Assembly: GCF_052425735.1 (NCBI RefSeq)
Contig: NC_135759.1
Location: 26,412,001 to 26,476,000 of the forward strand
DNA from: Oculina patagonica
Taxonomy: Eukaryota
DNA: 64,000 nucleotides
Direction of reading: 5' to 3'
Part shown: positions 23,103 through 35,386 of the stretch, piece by piece
Layout: each line of letters opens with the position of its first letter
Position numbering within the stretch: position 1 is the first letter of the stretch
The notes under the pieces: model-generated
Told to the model about the DNA's origin: nothing
Database searches by the model: none
Seen by the model: the letters and a program-made list of their open reading frames with translations, nothing else
Translations under genes and position numbers: made by a program

Positions 23103-24622
23103 GGTGAAACCTCCAGTTACCTTCCGTACAGCTTCACACGGCAGCTTTTAACAGGCTAAAACGAACTTAATCATCCAATAACACAAGCAAACTTTGTTTG
23201 ACACTAGCATTAGAAATCTAATAAGTAAACCAGTCCAAATATCGCTTGGTAAACAGTAAGTTATCGAAGACACGAAAAACTCGCTTTGTTCGCTTCGGAT
23301 AAAGTGTCAATAAGAAATGACAGGCTCGCGTCGAATGAATATTTTATGAAATATTCAAGCTATCGGCTGGCTATGACCAATGACCCAAGAAGTATCACAT
23401 TGCGAGTATTAAGATCCTTTAAAATAATCTAAAATAATCACTTTTATAACCTAACATTTTTCTTTGCATCAGGATACGTTGCCAAAACTAAAAAGCCCTA
23501 TCAGGCTGATGCATTTTGTGGATTATGTCTTTTCTGATAAAAAATAACATGATCGAGAAAAGTGGTACTAAAAATACGATTTGATCTATTTTAGCGTGAC
23601 ATCAATACTAAGATTATTTGCATTATTTGCATCTTTTGTCTTTTTATAAGCAGAGCTGGGACAATATTGTCATTTCTCCGAGTGGTCGGCCGCCTAATGT
23701 ATTTTTTGTGACGATTTTCCTGTTTAAGCATATGTATTGTACCTACACACATAAAACAGGCGCACTATGCAAAAATTATGTCGTGCATGAACAAAAACAT
23801 GATGATTTGTTTTAATACATTAAAGGATATGATCGTGATGTGTTATGCAAAATATGTAGCATGCTGCGTGAACTTTACGCGAAGTTAAATTATCACCGTG
23901 TGTGGCAATTAAATAATTATGATAATTAGTAGGAACACTAAAAAAAGCCTGTCAGTAACAATTAACCGTTTGAAGTTCCGATGTAAATTCTCCTTACAGG
24001 TCTCCACACATTTCTTAAAGTTAAGTAGTTGTTGGGAGAATTTTACGCTATTTGGTTACGTACACATCTCGGGTTAGGGTGCTGCGCGGTCCAGCGTTCA
24101 AAAGATGCTATCGTTGCTGTTTATCTAGCTTGGCTTGCGTGGCAGACGAACAAAACCCCGGTATAGTCTGGGAGTTTAGTTCGTCTGCAACGCAGGCTAC
24201 TGTTTACAGCTAACTAGAGAAAGGTTGTCGGAAAAAAGCACAAAAGTGCACGCGACAAGACCGAAAGGTGGTCTGGGTATTCACCTGAATTTTGCACTCT
24301 CTCCTCCTCAGAGCGGCCTCTTTCGTGTTTCGTACGGGCTGAAAAATGGGGAGAGGTGAAAAGTAAGCGCGCGGAGCCTGGGGAGAATCGAAACGAAAGC
24401 GCGCGGGGGACACCGGGAAGGGAAAAGGGAAGGAGAGAGGACTCGCTCCCGCAGCTTCGCCTTTCCCGTCGTCCCCCGCGCTCCCCATATTTTTCATTTT
24501 TCGTGTTTTTCGCCTTCCCCCGCTGAAGGAGCCTCTGCGAAGGAGAGAGAACTTTGCATATTGGCCAAGAGGAAATGTACAAGTTTGTATTTTTGCACGT
24601 GACGATTTTGTTTTTCCTCTCA

Positions 24623-25172
24623 GGGCCTGTTTATATGGAAGAGAGTTGTCCCTGGTAGGAGGGTTACCCTCCATACCGAGCCACCCCGGGCGAGAGAGCT
24701 TTTCATACGTTTCTTTATAAATAGCTGCGAACTGTTTATATGAGAAATTGCAAAGTTGGCTCGGGGGGCAGGGTGACCCTGGGTGGAGGGTCATTCGCTT
24801 TGATGGTAGGGTGACCCTGGGGAGCGAGCCAACTTTTTTCATATAAACAGTTTGGTTATTTTTGCCTCGCCTACAAGGGACAAGTTGACACACACGGAGC
24901 ATGCGCAAATGCTAGAATCGGCCAAAACAGCATCAAGTTGGCGGAAAATTTGTCTAAAATGGTCTTTGTCGATGTTTCAGCGTTCCTGATTTTAAAAAAG
25001 ACAGCCTTAATAGATATTTCAAAATAACTCTCGCCAGTCTTTTGAACCGAGAGGGCCAAGTTTGGCTCGGTCAATAGGGACAACTTTCTCATATAAACGC
25101 TCGGTAAAAGATAGCTCGGGGGAAAGGGTTACCCTCCTACCAGGGACAACGCTCCTCCATATAAACAGGCCC
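24623..25172. mobile_element. PIF/Harbinger-type MITE
   Basis: TIR GGGCCTGTTTATATGGA / TCCATATAAACAGGCCC with 3-bp TSD TCA on both sides. Confidence 0.8.
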
Positions 25173-25802
25173 TCAGAAAGCCTTTTTCTGTAGCGTCACT
25201 TTTACTGTCGCTTGTATTTGAGTTTTGAAATTTCTTCTCAAATTCAGCGTGGCAAAAGTACCTTGTTTTCCCATGTCTGAAGAAAAAGAAAACGTGCAAA
25301 TTCGCGTTTGTCATGTCACCATCTTAACAGTATCTTATTAGTATTCAGCACGTGCAGTAGCTCTCTACTTCCACCCACTCTACACATTCTACCTTTCTCC
25401 GAGGATTGAAAGGGCTAAAAGTTCCCAGACAATAAAAACCGTATCTGATTTTCTATGGCTCTCTCAATGACTCTGCTTCTGACTTTGGTTTTATCTGACC
25501 AAGACACTACGCAAACACGGGGGGCGCGACTTGCGCTAGAAAAGTATCATTCTCGTACCTCGAGTCTTCGTCCCTTCTGCGCTGACCGCTGGTCAAAGGG
25601 AACGAGGATGGAAAAGTATGAGCCAAGCCACGCAGGATAATGGCGGACGGGAAGTGTGGACGATGCTTCTGCATTTGTTGATATTATTGCATTTCCTTTT
25701 ATTATTATCAATCAGTATAACTTTATATTTTATTTGTTCTCGTTTCCTTCTACTCTTTTGAAAGTTTACATCTATCTTTTAACAGCTCACCGGTTTCAAT
25801 AC

Positions 25803-25954
25803 TCATTTGATGAGTGCTTTATACAACGCTTTGCTTGAAAAGAAAGTTCCAAATATCGACACTACTACACCAAACACAATCATGATGTAATCTAAAGCAA
25901 CTGCCGCCAGTTTAAATCTCCTTTCCTCAGAAACAAATGCGCTACACAAGGCAG
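25803..25954 (-). pseudogene. 3'-terminal fragment of a third SLC32-like transporter copy
   Basis: Matches the last ~50 codons of the two full copies (ALDYIMIVFGVVVSIFGTFFSSKALYKAL) with a small deletion. Shares downstream flank motif GATGCTTCTGCATTTGT. Confidence 0.8.
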
Positions 25955-26317
25955 TTCCAAACATTTAAATTTTTTATTGTTTTAGTATAAAATAATATGG
26001 TATTAATTTTCGCGTGCTTAAATCAGTTTCGCGAAATGTTCTTTTTTTCGTGCGTACTAAATTTCGCAATTATCTTTAAATCCCGAAAATCGCGAAAATG
26101 AGTAAGAATTAGGTATGCAGTGAGAATAGTGTGAGCGATGCTTCTGCATTTGTAGAGATTATATATTGCGTCAGACGGTCTTCTTCTATTATTATCACTC
26201 AGTCTCTCCTTTTACTACACAGCTTAAGACAATAGTCTGTTTAAAATGTTGTTTATATTTTATTCGTTGCTATTAAAAGTTTACATCTCTCTTCTAACAG
26301 CTCGCCGGTTTCAATAC

Positions 26318-27646
26318 TCAATTGTTTAGTGCTTTATACAATGCTTTGCTTGAAAAGAAAATTCCAAATATCGACACTACTACACCAAACACAATCATGA
26401 TGTAATCTAGAGCAATTTGCTGCCAGTTTAAATCTTTTTTCCTCAGGTACAGATGCGCTACACAAGGCAGAATACAGTTAAATAAAGGAAGCGATAAATT
26501 GCCAAAAAAGGATGTTAAAAGACCAAAATGCGGAATAAAAGCTGCAGCTAGAAGCGTAACAGTAACAAGCAAAACTCGGAGCCCTACAAAATAAACTAAT
26601 CTCGGCAATTTAACTTTCGTCCGCAGATGAAAATAAAGAAATGATTCTTCGATGTACTGAAAAACTGCAAGTAGAGGCAGAGCGTAAGAAAATAAACAGC
26701 TTATGACAAATACAGTGCTGACGATAACATGAGGCGCACTGTTTGGAAGATTGTTAATTACAATCTCATCTGTGGCAAAAGAGAACGAAAGAAAACCAAA
26801 AATGGAGAAGGTTAACTTGAATACGACTGCAGCGATATAGGCAAGTGCTAAAGCTCGTCCAAATTTGGATTTGTCAGCCATGCTTCCCTCAACAGAAGGA
26901 ACAATAGGGGCTGAGCCGTAGCTGAACATAATGATCCCTAGGGAAACAAGAAAGCCTTCCGTGTCCCAGAACAAGAGATCTTTGGCGTTCCACTGTGATT
27001 TGTGGGTAGCTCCGTACCACAAGATTACCGCTGCAGTTCCCAGTAAAGCTGCAATGCCAATGACGCTCAGCCAGGCGATCTGTGACAACGACTTCAAAAA
27101 TGTCGACGGAAGAACAACAGCAGCCGCAATGCACGTCCAGATTGCTGGTGTGAGGGGTACTGACGGGAATGCTGATGTCATCAGCGAGCCACACAAGATA
27201 AGATATGAAGTCGCGATGACAGTCAAATCAAAACACTGCACAGCGGCTACCATAGTTCCACCAAAACGAGGCCACATAGCTTTTCCGATCTCATTCCACG
27301 AGGAACGCACGCGTACGTCGCCATGGATATCGTCTTTCTTGTACAGACACTCAATCAGCACTTTGGCTGTGAACCAGTAGACAAAAGGCATGACAATAAA
27401 GGCTGCGACCGCTGCTATCCCACCTTTAGCTACAGCGAACGGTAGCGCTAAGAAACCAACTCCTTCAATAAAGTTGATAATGTTTAGTGTTGCTTTCCAC
27501 ACAGAAGCACGACCGTTGTCAAGGGCAATTAGTGGCGTTTTCTCGCTCATGGACAGGGTCTCACCGGATTCGTCAACAAAAGGGGAGGGGTGCTCTTGAT
27601 TTGTGAACACACTAACACTAGTCTCATTATTGAAGCAGTTCTCCAT
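26318..27646 (-). CDS. Vesicular inhibitory amino acid transporter-like (SLC32/Aa_trans family), copy 1
   Basis: 442 aa, ~11 hydrophobic segments, motifs WKATLNIINFIEGVGFLALPFA, GIIMFSYG, PSVEGSM, FSYALP, IPHFGLL, ILPCVAHL. Single coding exon with an acceptor-like TTTCAG just upstream of the ATG. Confidence 0.92.
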   Translation of the reverse strand: MENCFNNETSVSVFTNQEHPSPFVDESGETLSMSEKTPLIALDNGRASVWKATLNIINFIEGVGFLALPFAVAKGGIAAVAAFIVMPFVYWFTAKVLIECLYKKDDIHGDVRVRSSWNEIGKAMWPRFGGTMVAAVQCFDLTVIATSYLILCGSLMTSAFPSVPLTPAIWTCIAAAVVLPSTFLKSLSQIAWLSVIGIAALLGTAAVILWYGATHKSQWNAKDLLFWDTEGFLVSLGIIMFSYGSAPIVPSVEGSMADKSKFGRALALAYIAAVVFKLTFSIFGFLSFSFATDEIVINNLPNSAPHVIVSTVFVISCLFSYALPLLAVFQYIEESFLYFHLRTKVKLPRLVYFVGLRVLLVTVTLLAAAFIPHFGLLTSFFGNLSLPLFNCILPCVAHLYLRKKDLNWQQIALDYIMIVFGVVVSIFGIFFSSKALYKALNN

Positions 27647-28231
27647 GATCGATGCTGAAACATGAAAAAAAGATAGAATAATCTACCAATCTTAAAACAA
27701 AGTGACACCGCGTAGAGGCGTAGCTACCCTAAGGCTTAGGCCCTGGTCACAAATTTTTACGAAAATTCGTTAACTGGTGGAACGTATTACATTAAATTTG
27801 CCCCAAAGCAACGATGTTGTTTCCCTGGGGCCGCGGCCGGGAGCCAGCAGAGGCCTTTCGTACTTCCGGCCAATCACGAAGAATCCTCTGAGTCGGAAAT
27901 GTCAGTCTCATCTCCTGTTATCCTCCCGCTGGGTACGATGTCGCTCATTCCCAGACTCGTCCCCAGTCCTCTTGTGAGTCCGTTTCGAGTCTAGAAGACT
28001 GGATGAAACTGAAACTTCGCGTCAAGTTTGAGTGACTGTTTGCGCGTACATTCCTATTTATCTAGCGGTTTACGGTCAAGAAATTAAGAAATTGCGGTCT
28101 TAAGGGGAAAACGAAAGCTTTTTGCGTTCTAGGAAAAACAAAATAAATATATATTAATAATAAATAATATATTAATATGGCCGAGTTTACGGAATACTTC
28201 CAATAATTTCCCTGCGAGCAGGCTCAACGTC

Positions 28232-28752
28232 TAGGCTTTTATAGATTGTGCAAGCATAATTTTTGGCATAATTGGAGCTAAAAAGCATAATTTGTGAAAC
28301 GAGCACTGCCACGGCATAATTAGCAATTTTTAGCACTTTTTGGAGCATAAATTCATAAAATGTAGTAAATATGGTGTACTTTCTACAGAAATAAATGAAA
28401 TTTAGGTAGTTTGTTCTTGCAATGCGTGTTTTAGCTATACAATTGTGATTGTTAAGTCGTTGGAGGCATTTTACAAACGGTTTAGAGATGCGAGCAGCTA
28501 ATTTGGACAGCTGACGGCCGTGATAAACTGCCATAAACACAAATAAATTTACAACAACAGTTTATTTAAAAAACATCATAATTTGGTGTCGTTATTGCGC
28601 ACCTCTATGTATAGAATCTACGTGAGCATAATTTCGGAAATCAGAAGCATAATTTGGGAATTCTGGCATAATTTTTGCATAATTTGGCAAAATTTTGAGC
28701 ACTGCTAGTAGCATAATATGCCACTTTTAGGAGCACAATCTATAAAAGCCTA
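28232..28752. mobile_element. hAT-type MITE nested in a smaller MITE (28211-28886)
   Basis: TIR TAGGCTTTTATAGATTGTGC / GCACAATCTATAAAAGCCTA, exact 8-bp TSD TCAACGTC, internal GCATAATT repeats. Confidence 0.85.
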
Positions 28753-28854
28753 TCAACGTCGGTTCGGCGGGCAGCTTCGCCGCTCACGTACTCGCTCACG
28801 TGTCGCGGGCTCGCGGCTTCGCCGATCACGTGTCACGGCTTTGCCGTGCATACA

Positions 28855-30123
28855 TTTCACAAACGTGCAAAGCCTGCTCGCAGGCTGCCCTATAATCATC
28901 CCTCTTTTTCTGCTGCTGTTTGAACTACGGTTAACACAGGAAAATATAATGTTGAACGGGAAAAGTACTTAAATAGCATTTAGTAATTTTGGAACCGATA
29001 GCTGTAGATAACTTGCGGTGTGTTATTTAAAATTATGATTGTTTTGAAAGTCAATGTGTATCCATCTGACGGACTCGAAGATCAAAATGCTCCAGGCGTT
29101 GTCAATCGATAGAAATCGATATTGGGAATCAATTGATACAATCGATGTTTAATCAGCTAAATCGGAGCCACCATACTAAGCTAAAGCGAACTTATCAACT
29201 CACTGTCTTAAAAAATGCGACTCAGTTATTAGAAAATCAGATATAAAAACTAATTTGTTAAAACATTACAATAAAAAGTTATTTAAAAATGTAGCTTACT
29301 CTTAAAAGATGACACTGAAGTTAACGTTATTTCACGAACTTCTAGAGGCAAGCGAGTTCCAGTCTGCAATGGCATGATACTTAAAACACTGCTTTCCCCA
29401 GTTTTTTTGTTTTTTTTGTTTTTCGTGCGAGTATTGTACGTCTTGTACCTGTGCACGTCCTTATTTGTAATAAAATTAAAATCATAGTCAATCAGGCCAG
29501 TAAAAAGCTTGTAAGCTGTTGCACATCTGTGAAATTTTTACCGAAGTTCCAGCTTCTTCCAGCCCAAATTACGTAATGCCTCTGTTGAGGATGACAGCAT
29601 TGGTAGGTGTAGCACAACTTTGGCCGCTTTGTTTTGAGGAATCTGAAGGGATTCCATCGGGACAAGATTATTTTTGTCACCCATACTAAATCAGCGAAAT
29701 CCAAGATTTGGTAAAATTAGGGTATTATTTCACAAACGTCAGCCTGCTCGCAGGTTACGTAATAATAGACCCTATATTTCGGCTGCTGTTTGAGAACTGT
29801 TTGAACTATTTGACTCTGTTATTACATACGGTTAACACAGAAAAATATAAAGTTGAACGGGAAAAGGTACTTAAAAGGCATTTAGCAATTGTCAAAACGA
29901 TAGCTGTAGATAACTTGCAGTGTGTTATTTAGAATTATTGTTTTGAAAGTCCATGCGTATCCATCTGACGGATTCGAAATCCAATTGCTCCAGGCGTTGT
30001 CAATCGATAGAAATCGATATCTGGAATCAATTGATACAAACGATATTCGAGTCAGCTAATAGGATGGACTTACCTTTAAGGAAATCGGAGCACTAAACAA
30101 GATGGAGCGAACTTATCAACTCA
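28855..30123. repeat. Diverged direct duplication (~28855-29202 vs ~29728-30123)
   Basis: Shared blocks TTTCACAAACGT..GCCTGCTCGCAGG, GATAGCTGTAGATAACTTGC, GCTCCAGGCGTTGTCAATCGATAGAAATCGATAT, AGCGAACTTATCAACTCAC. Confidence 0.8.
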
Positions 30124-32195
30124 CGCGACTGTATACACTGTATGCTAATCAGAAAAAATATATATTTACGTATTATTGTTGCACATGTAGTAATATGCAC
30201 ATGTAATTATATGTAAATCACTTGACCGTTTGCACAGCAACGTGTAACATTATGTTTGGAAAATACCAAACAATGATGTACCATAGTTTTAAAAGCTCCT
30301 CTTTTCGGCTTCTTTGTCAATGACAATGGCCTGGACAATGGCCGTACGTTGAATGTTTTAATTAAATGTTCCAGGGGGGGGGGGGGGGGGGAAGAAACGA
30401 GGTCTGGGACCGAGTAGCGATGCTCTCACAACTTGCAAAGCGATCAATTCACGATGTAGTCAGCGGGTTTTGGACGATGATGCAACAGGCAATCTTTTCC
30501 CGCGAAATGGAAGTTGCTATGTCGTGGAATCACTTATTTTAAAGGGGTTCAATTCTCTTAACTAAAAATCTAAAAGCAGCGTGTTTAAATCCGAAAATTT
30601 CCTCATCGTCGTGTAGTTTTAAGAACGCAGAATTTTGTGATGCCGTGCTACTTTTCAGTGCTGAAATGCAAATGTTTGACATGTTTGTACCACGATTTTC
30701 AACTGGCCCACACGGGGATTGTAAATGAAGTAAAACAAAGAAAGACCAAGTCAACAAACAACCTCAAACAATAGAGCAAGAACAATAGCTCCGACCAGCG
30801 CGGGAATATTCGATCGCCACGTTTTCATTACCATTCCCGTGATGGTTTTATTTCATAACAAACACCACATATTGACACCAAGAACCTTTCCGGAGAAATT
30901 TTCGCTGCTTTAAAGTCAAAACTTAGAAAGTCTTTTTTATTACTACATATATAAAAAAAATCGAACTCTCTCACTGGTCCCATGTTTTTGTTTTGGCAAG
31001 TTCACAAAGAAAGGAGCTGCTCATGCGCCTTAGAGACATCCGCTGACTACCGCCCCGATGATTGCTTTGCAAGTTGTGAGAGCATCGCTCAGATTTCATA
31101 TAAGAGAATGTATGGGAAGTTGCTTCCCCCCCCCCCTGAAATGTTCCTTTCAGATGTACGAATAACTGATAACTTATTGTTACAGTAGAACCCCGGTAAC
31201 CGGAACTCTAAAAAGGTAAGGTAATCTTTATTTCCACACGGTTAAAACATCAGCTTTTTTAAAACACTGCATACAATCCTTATATAAACAATAAATCTCT
31301 AGTGATAAGCTAATTATAAAGAAAAAGCTGTTTTCCACGAATGCTGTGCCTTTTAGTACTTGTTTTACCCTTTGTCTCTGTACGAATCTAGTCTACGTGC
31401 GAAACCATTCAAACGAAAATGAGCTTGATTTGCACGAAAATAGACCTGTAGGTGAAACTCATTTTCATACGAATGGTTTCGCACGTAGACTCGTTTTGAA
31501 ACAGAGGCAAAGGGTAACTCGGAAATGGCCTATTGGGTAAAGCTATTTTTGTAATAGTTAGTGCGCGGTAGTGGAACATTGAGTTTATTCTCAGAGTCCC
31601 TATAAAGGTTGTACGCGGTTTCTCGTTTTTCAAATTTAGAGAAAAGAGAGTCAGTGGAGCGGAGCAGGGGGGACAGGGAGGGGGGGGCTGTAGCCCCCCA
31701 AACGAAAATTTGGGGGGTTCATTAATCTTCGGGAAAGTTCGAAAAATGATTGGAAACGTTCGTTTGGCGTTCGAACAACAATCGGAGAATCTTCGGAAAT
31801 CTTCGGTCTAGAAAATGCTCAGAAAACGAAAAGTTGCTAAAACGGAGTACTTTTAAACCAGTCTTCCTCCCCACGTTCCAAAACGCTCCGCCGCCTCTAC
31901 AGCTGGGTCATGACTTACGCGAAAAAATAGCCAGGCCACACAGGATAATGGCGGACGGAAGTGTGGGCGATGCTTCTGCGTATGTAGAGTTTAAAAATTG
32001 CGTCAGACGGTCTTCATCTATTATTATCACTCAGTCTCTCCTTTTTCTACACAGCTGAAGACAATAGTTCGTTTAAAATGTTGTTTATATTTTATTCGTT
32101 GCCATTTCCTACAATTATACACCATTAAAAGTTTACATCTCTCTTCTATCATTGATTCTTACTCAAAGAAAACTAAAGCTCACCGGTATCAATTC

Positions 32196-33524
32196 TTATT
32201 TGTTGAGTGCTTTATACAATGCTTTGCTTGAAAAGAAAGTTCCAAATATCGACACTAACACACCAAATACAATCATGATGTAATCTAGAGCAATTTGCTG
32301 CCAGTTTAAATCTTTTTTCCTCAGGTACAGATGTGCTACACAAGGTAGAATACAGTTAAATAACGGAAGCGATAAATTGCCAAAAAAGGATGTTAAAAGA
32401 CCAAAATGCGGAATAAAAGCTGCAGCTAGAAGAGTAACAGTAACAAGCAAAACTCGGAGCCCTACAACATAAACTAATCTCGGCAATCTGACTTTCGTCC
32501 GCAGATGAAAATAAAAGTATGATTCTTCGATGTACTGAAAAACTGCAAGGAGAGGCAGAGCGTAAGAAAATAAACAACTTATGACAAACACTGTGCTTAC
32601 AATAACATGAGGCGCACTGTTAGGAAGATTGTTTATTACAATCTCATCTGTGGCAAAAGAGAACGAAAGAAAACCGAAAATGGAGAAGGTTAACTTGAAT
32701 ACGACTGCAGCGATATAGGCAAGTGCTAAAGCTCGTCCAAATTTGGATTTGTCAGCCATGCTTCCCTCAACAGAAGGAACAATAGGGGCTGAGCCGTAGC
32801 TGAACATGATGATTCCAAGGGAAACAAGAAAGCCTTCCGTGTCCCAGAACAAGAGATCTTTGGCGTTCCACTGTGATTTGTGGGTAGCTCCGTACCACAA
32901 GATTACCGCTGCAGTTCCCAGTAAAGCTGCAATGCCAATGACGCTCAGCCAGGCGATCTGTGACAACGACTTCAAAAATGTCGACGGAAGAACAACAGCG
33001 GCCGCAATACACGTCCAGATTGCTGGTGTGAGGGGTAGTGACGGGAAGGCGGATGTCATCAGCGAGCCACACACGATAAGATATGAAGTCGCGATGACAG
33101 TCAAATCAAAACACTGCACAGCGGCTACCATAGTTCCACCAAAACGAGGCCACATAGCTTTTCCGATCTCATTCCACGAGGAACGCACGCGTACGTCGCC
33201 ATGGATATCGTCTTTCTTGTACAGACACTCAATCAGCACTTTGGCTGTGAACCAGTAGATAAAAGGCATGACAATAAAGGCAGCGACCGCTGCTATCCCA
33301 CCTTTAGCTACAGCGAACGGTAGCGCTAAGAAACCAACTCCTTCAATAAAGTTGATAATGTTAAGTGTTGCTTTCCACACAGAAGCACGACCGCTGTAAA
33401 CGGGAATTAGTGGCGTTCCCTCGCCCATGGACACGATCTCACAAGCTTCGTCATCAAAACCCGCAATAGGGTGCTTTTGATTTATGGACACACTGACACT
33501 GGTCTCATTGTTGAAGTTCTCCAT
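32196..33524 (-). CDS. Vesicular inhibitory amino acid transporter-like (SLC32/Aa_trans family), copy 2
   Basis: Near-identical paralog of copy 1. Start placed at ATG 33524 (MENFNNETSVSV) by alignment to copy 1. Confidence 0.92.
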   Translation of the reverse strand: MENFNNETSVSVSINQKHPIAGFDDEACEIVSMGEGTPLIPVYSGRASVWKATLNIINFIEGVGFLALPFAVAKGGIAAVAAFIVMPFIYWFTAKVLIECLYKKDDIHGDVRVRSSWNEIGKAMWPRFGGTMVAAVQCFDLTVIATSYLIVCGSLMTSAFPSLPLTPAIWTCIAAAVVLPSTFLKSLSQIAWLSVIGIAALLGTAAVILWYGATHKSQWNAKDLLFWDTEGFLVSLGIIMFSYGSAPIVPSVEGSMADKSKFGRALALAYIAAVVFKLTFSIFGFLSFSFATDEIVINNLPNSAPHVIVSTVFVISCLFSYALPLLAVFQYIEESYFYFHLRTKVRLPRLVYVVGLRVLLVTVTLLAAAFIPHFGLLTSFFGNLSLPLFNCILPCVAHLYLRKKDLNWQQIALDYIMIVFGVLVSIFGTFFSSKALYKALNK

Positions 33525-34105
33525 GATCGATACTGAAACATAAAAAACATATAAATTAAAACCTACCAATCCTAAAACAAGGGTTTCCATCTAAAGGCGT
33601 AGCTACCCGATAAATTCGTAGACCCTGGCCACAAATTTTGTAGGAAAATTCGTTAATATGTTGTTTCCCTGGGTGCCATAAGAGACTTTTCTTACTTCCG
33701 GCCGTTCCCGAAGAATTTTAGCCGGAAATGTCAGTCTTATCTCCCGCTCTCTGGGCGAGGCATTTCTCCCCTTTGGTACCCCCCTTCCCCCCCCCCCCCG
33801 CCCATCCCCGCGTGCCCGCCACTTTCCCGCGTGCTGGGAATGGTGTCGCGCGTTTCAGCCTTCGGTTGGGAAGCAGCGCGAAGAACGGCGACTGAACAAT
33901 AACGCTTTTTTCGCGCTGCTTACCGGCACGGGGTGGCGGGATGCCGGTTTTCAAGCGAAATTAGGTGGTTTTTACTGACACGCCGCCAAAAATAAATCCA
34001 AAGCTATCGAGTCAAAAAAATCAAGAATATTACAGGTTGTAGAAAACTGCTATATAAACTACTTGTCCAAGTCTCAGGTCTGTACGTTATTCCGTACTCG
34101 AGTAA

Positions 34106-35386
34106 TAGTCCGGCGGCTTAGCTCGAAATTTTACTTGAATTGTGCACTTTTTGATACAAGCATGAAACTTGGCACAATGAAAGTGGTCACCAACAGAAAC
34201 TTTTTCAGATATAGTGCCAAGCCCGAAAAACACCGGTTTCCATGGAAACCTTAATTTATTAACCCTATTCAGACCGAGCTTTTTTGGATCTTTTCAGACC
34301 TCCGTAACTTCCAGAATATTTCAGCAATCACAATGAAACTTAGGGAATATATAGTATGTTCAAACTCCTATCTTTTGGTATACGTCACATTTAAAGATGA
34401 CGTCACATGACGTGACAATTACATCATAATGTTAAAACAGCCGCCATCTTGGATCCGCCATCTTGGATTTCAATTTTTTTCCAAAACGTCATAAAACCGC
34501 CCAAAACTACTGCAACGTACTCAAAATAAAAAAAATTGTGCTTAAAAACCGTAAAATGATGAAAATAATTGCATTAAAATTATTTTTCATTAATAGAAAC
34601 ACGAAAATTACAAAATTGGGAAAACATGTCTGTCAAAATGCCGTTGCTATGGTGACGTCAAGTTCTTGATACAACAACTCACCCTACCAAATTATTTCCA
34701 GATAAACTTTAGATAAACTCGCAAAGTTTGGTAGCGTTTGGTTGAATCTTGAAAAAGTTATAAGCGTTCAAAGTCAGCGAGGGCACGTTCCGTCCCTCCC
34801 AGTCTGGATAGGGTTAAAATCAATGAAATTTCGTGAAATATTTGTTTGTCCTGGTTTATAGACAAATACTATTATGCCAATTAGTGATACCAAGTCGCAC
34901 GTATAAAATTTAGAATGAAATGCTGTAATTTAGACTGTTCTTAGCCCTATATTTTCCTTTTTTTCTTCTGTTAGCGAACGGTTCATCGATCGAGAGACCT
35001 GGACGCTAGCGCAAAACGAAAGACGCGAGGGAGCAGAGGGCGGGGAACGAAAAATCTTTTTCCATGCAATAATTTCCTATTAAATTGTTGGTATCAAAAA
35101 GATGGTAAAAAATAACAATTGTAAGCCTAATTAAAAGCATTGATATCTGTATTTATGAATAAAAATCAACAGTAAAAGGTTTATAAAAGTACAAGAAGAA
35201 ATACTTTGTGGGGAAGGGGCAGGGGGGCCTCTCGGCTGAAAATTTCATTGCTGTTTACTAGCTGAAAATAGGAAATTGGCGTTGGCACTATATCAAGAAT
35301 TGATTAGTATGCGAATGCTTGTAATCCTGCAAAGTTTGGTGCTTGTATCAAAAATCGCACAATTCAGGAGCTAAACCGCCGGACTA
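34106..35386. mobile_element. Non-autonomous DNA transposon with TAG..CTA ends (Academ-like)
   Basis: TAGTCCGGCGGCTTAGCTC..TGAATTGTGC..TTTTTGATACAAGCA is mirrored at ~35332-35386. TAA on both flanks. Confidence 0.7.
34263..34813. mobile_element. piggyBac-type MITE nested in the element above
   Basis: TTAA-CCCTATTCAGAC ... GTCTGGATAGGG-TTAA. Confidence 0.75.

Noticed and set aside
24210-24908. 232-aa minus-strand ORF
   Set aside because: Runs across two adjacent GC-rich MITEs (~24297-24550 and 24623-25172) and has no protein-like features.
30374-30391. Poly-G/poly-C runs (also ~4671-4696, ~63975)
   Set aside because: Simple homopolymers common in such genomes, with no further structure.
26889-33258. 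Conserved antisense and alternate-frame ORFs (149/150 aa, 101 aa) in both transporter copies
   Set aside because: Shadows of near-identical coding sequence.
33525-33590. 22-aa N-terminal extension of transporter copy 2
   Set aside because: Reads through a polypyrimidine tract and acceptor, and is not open in copy 1.
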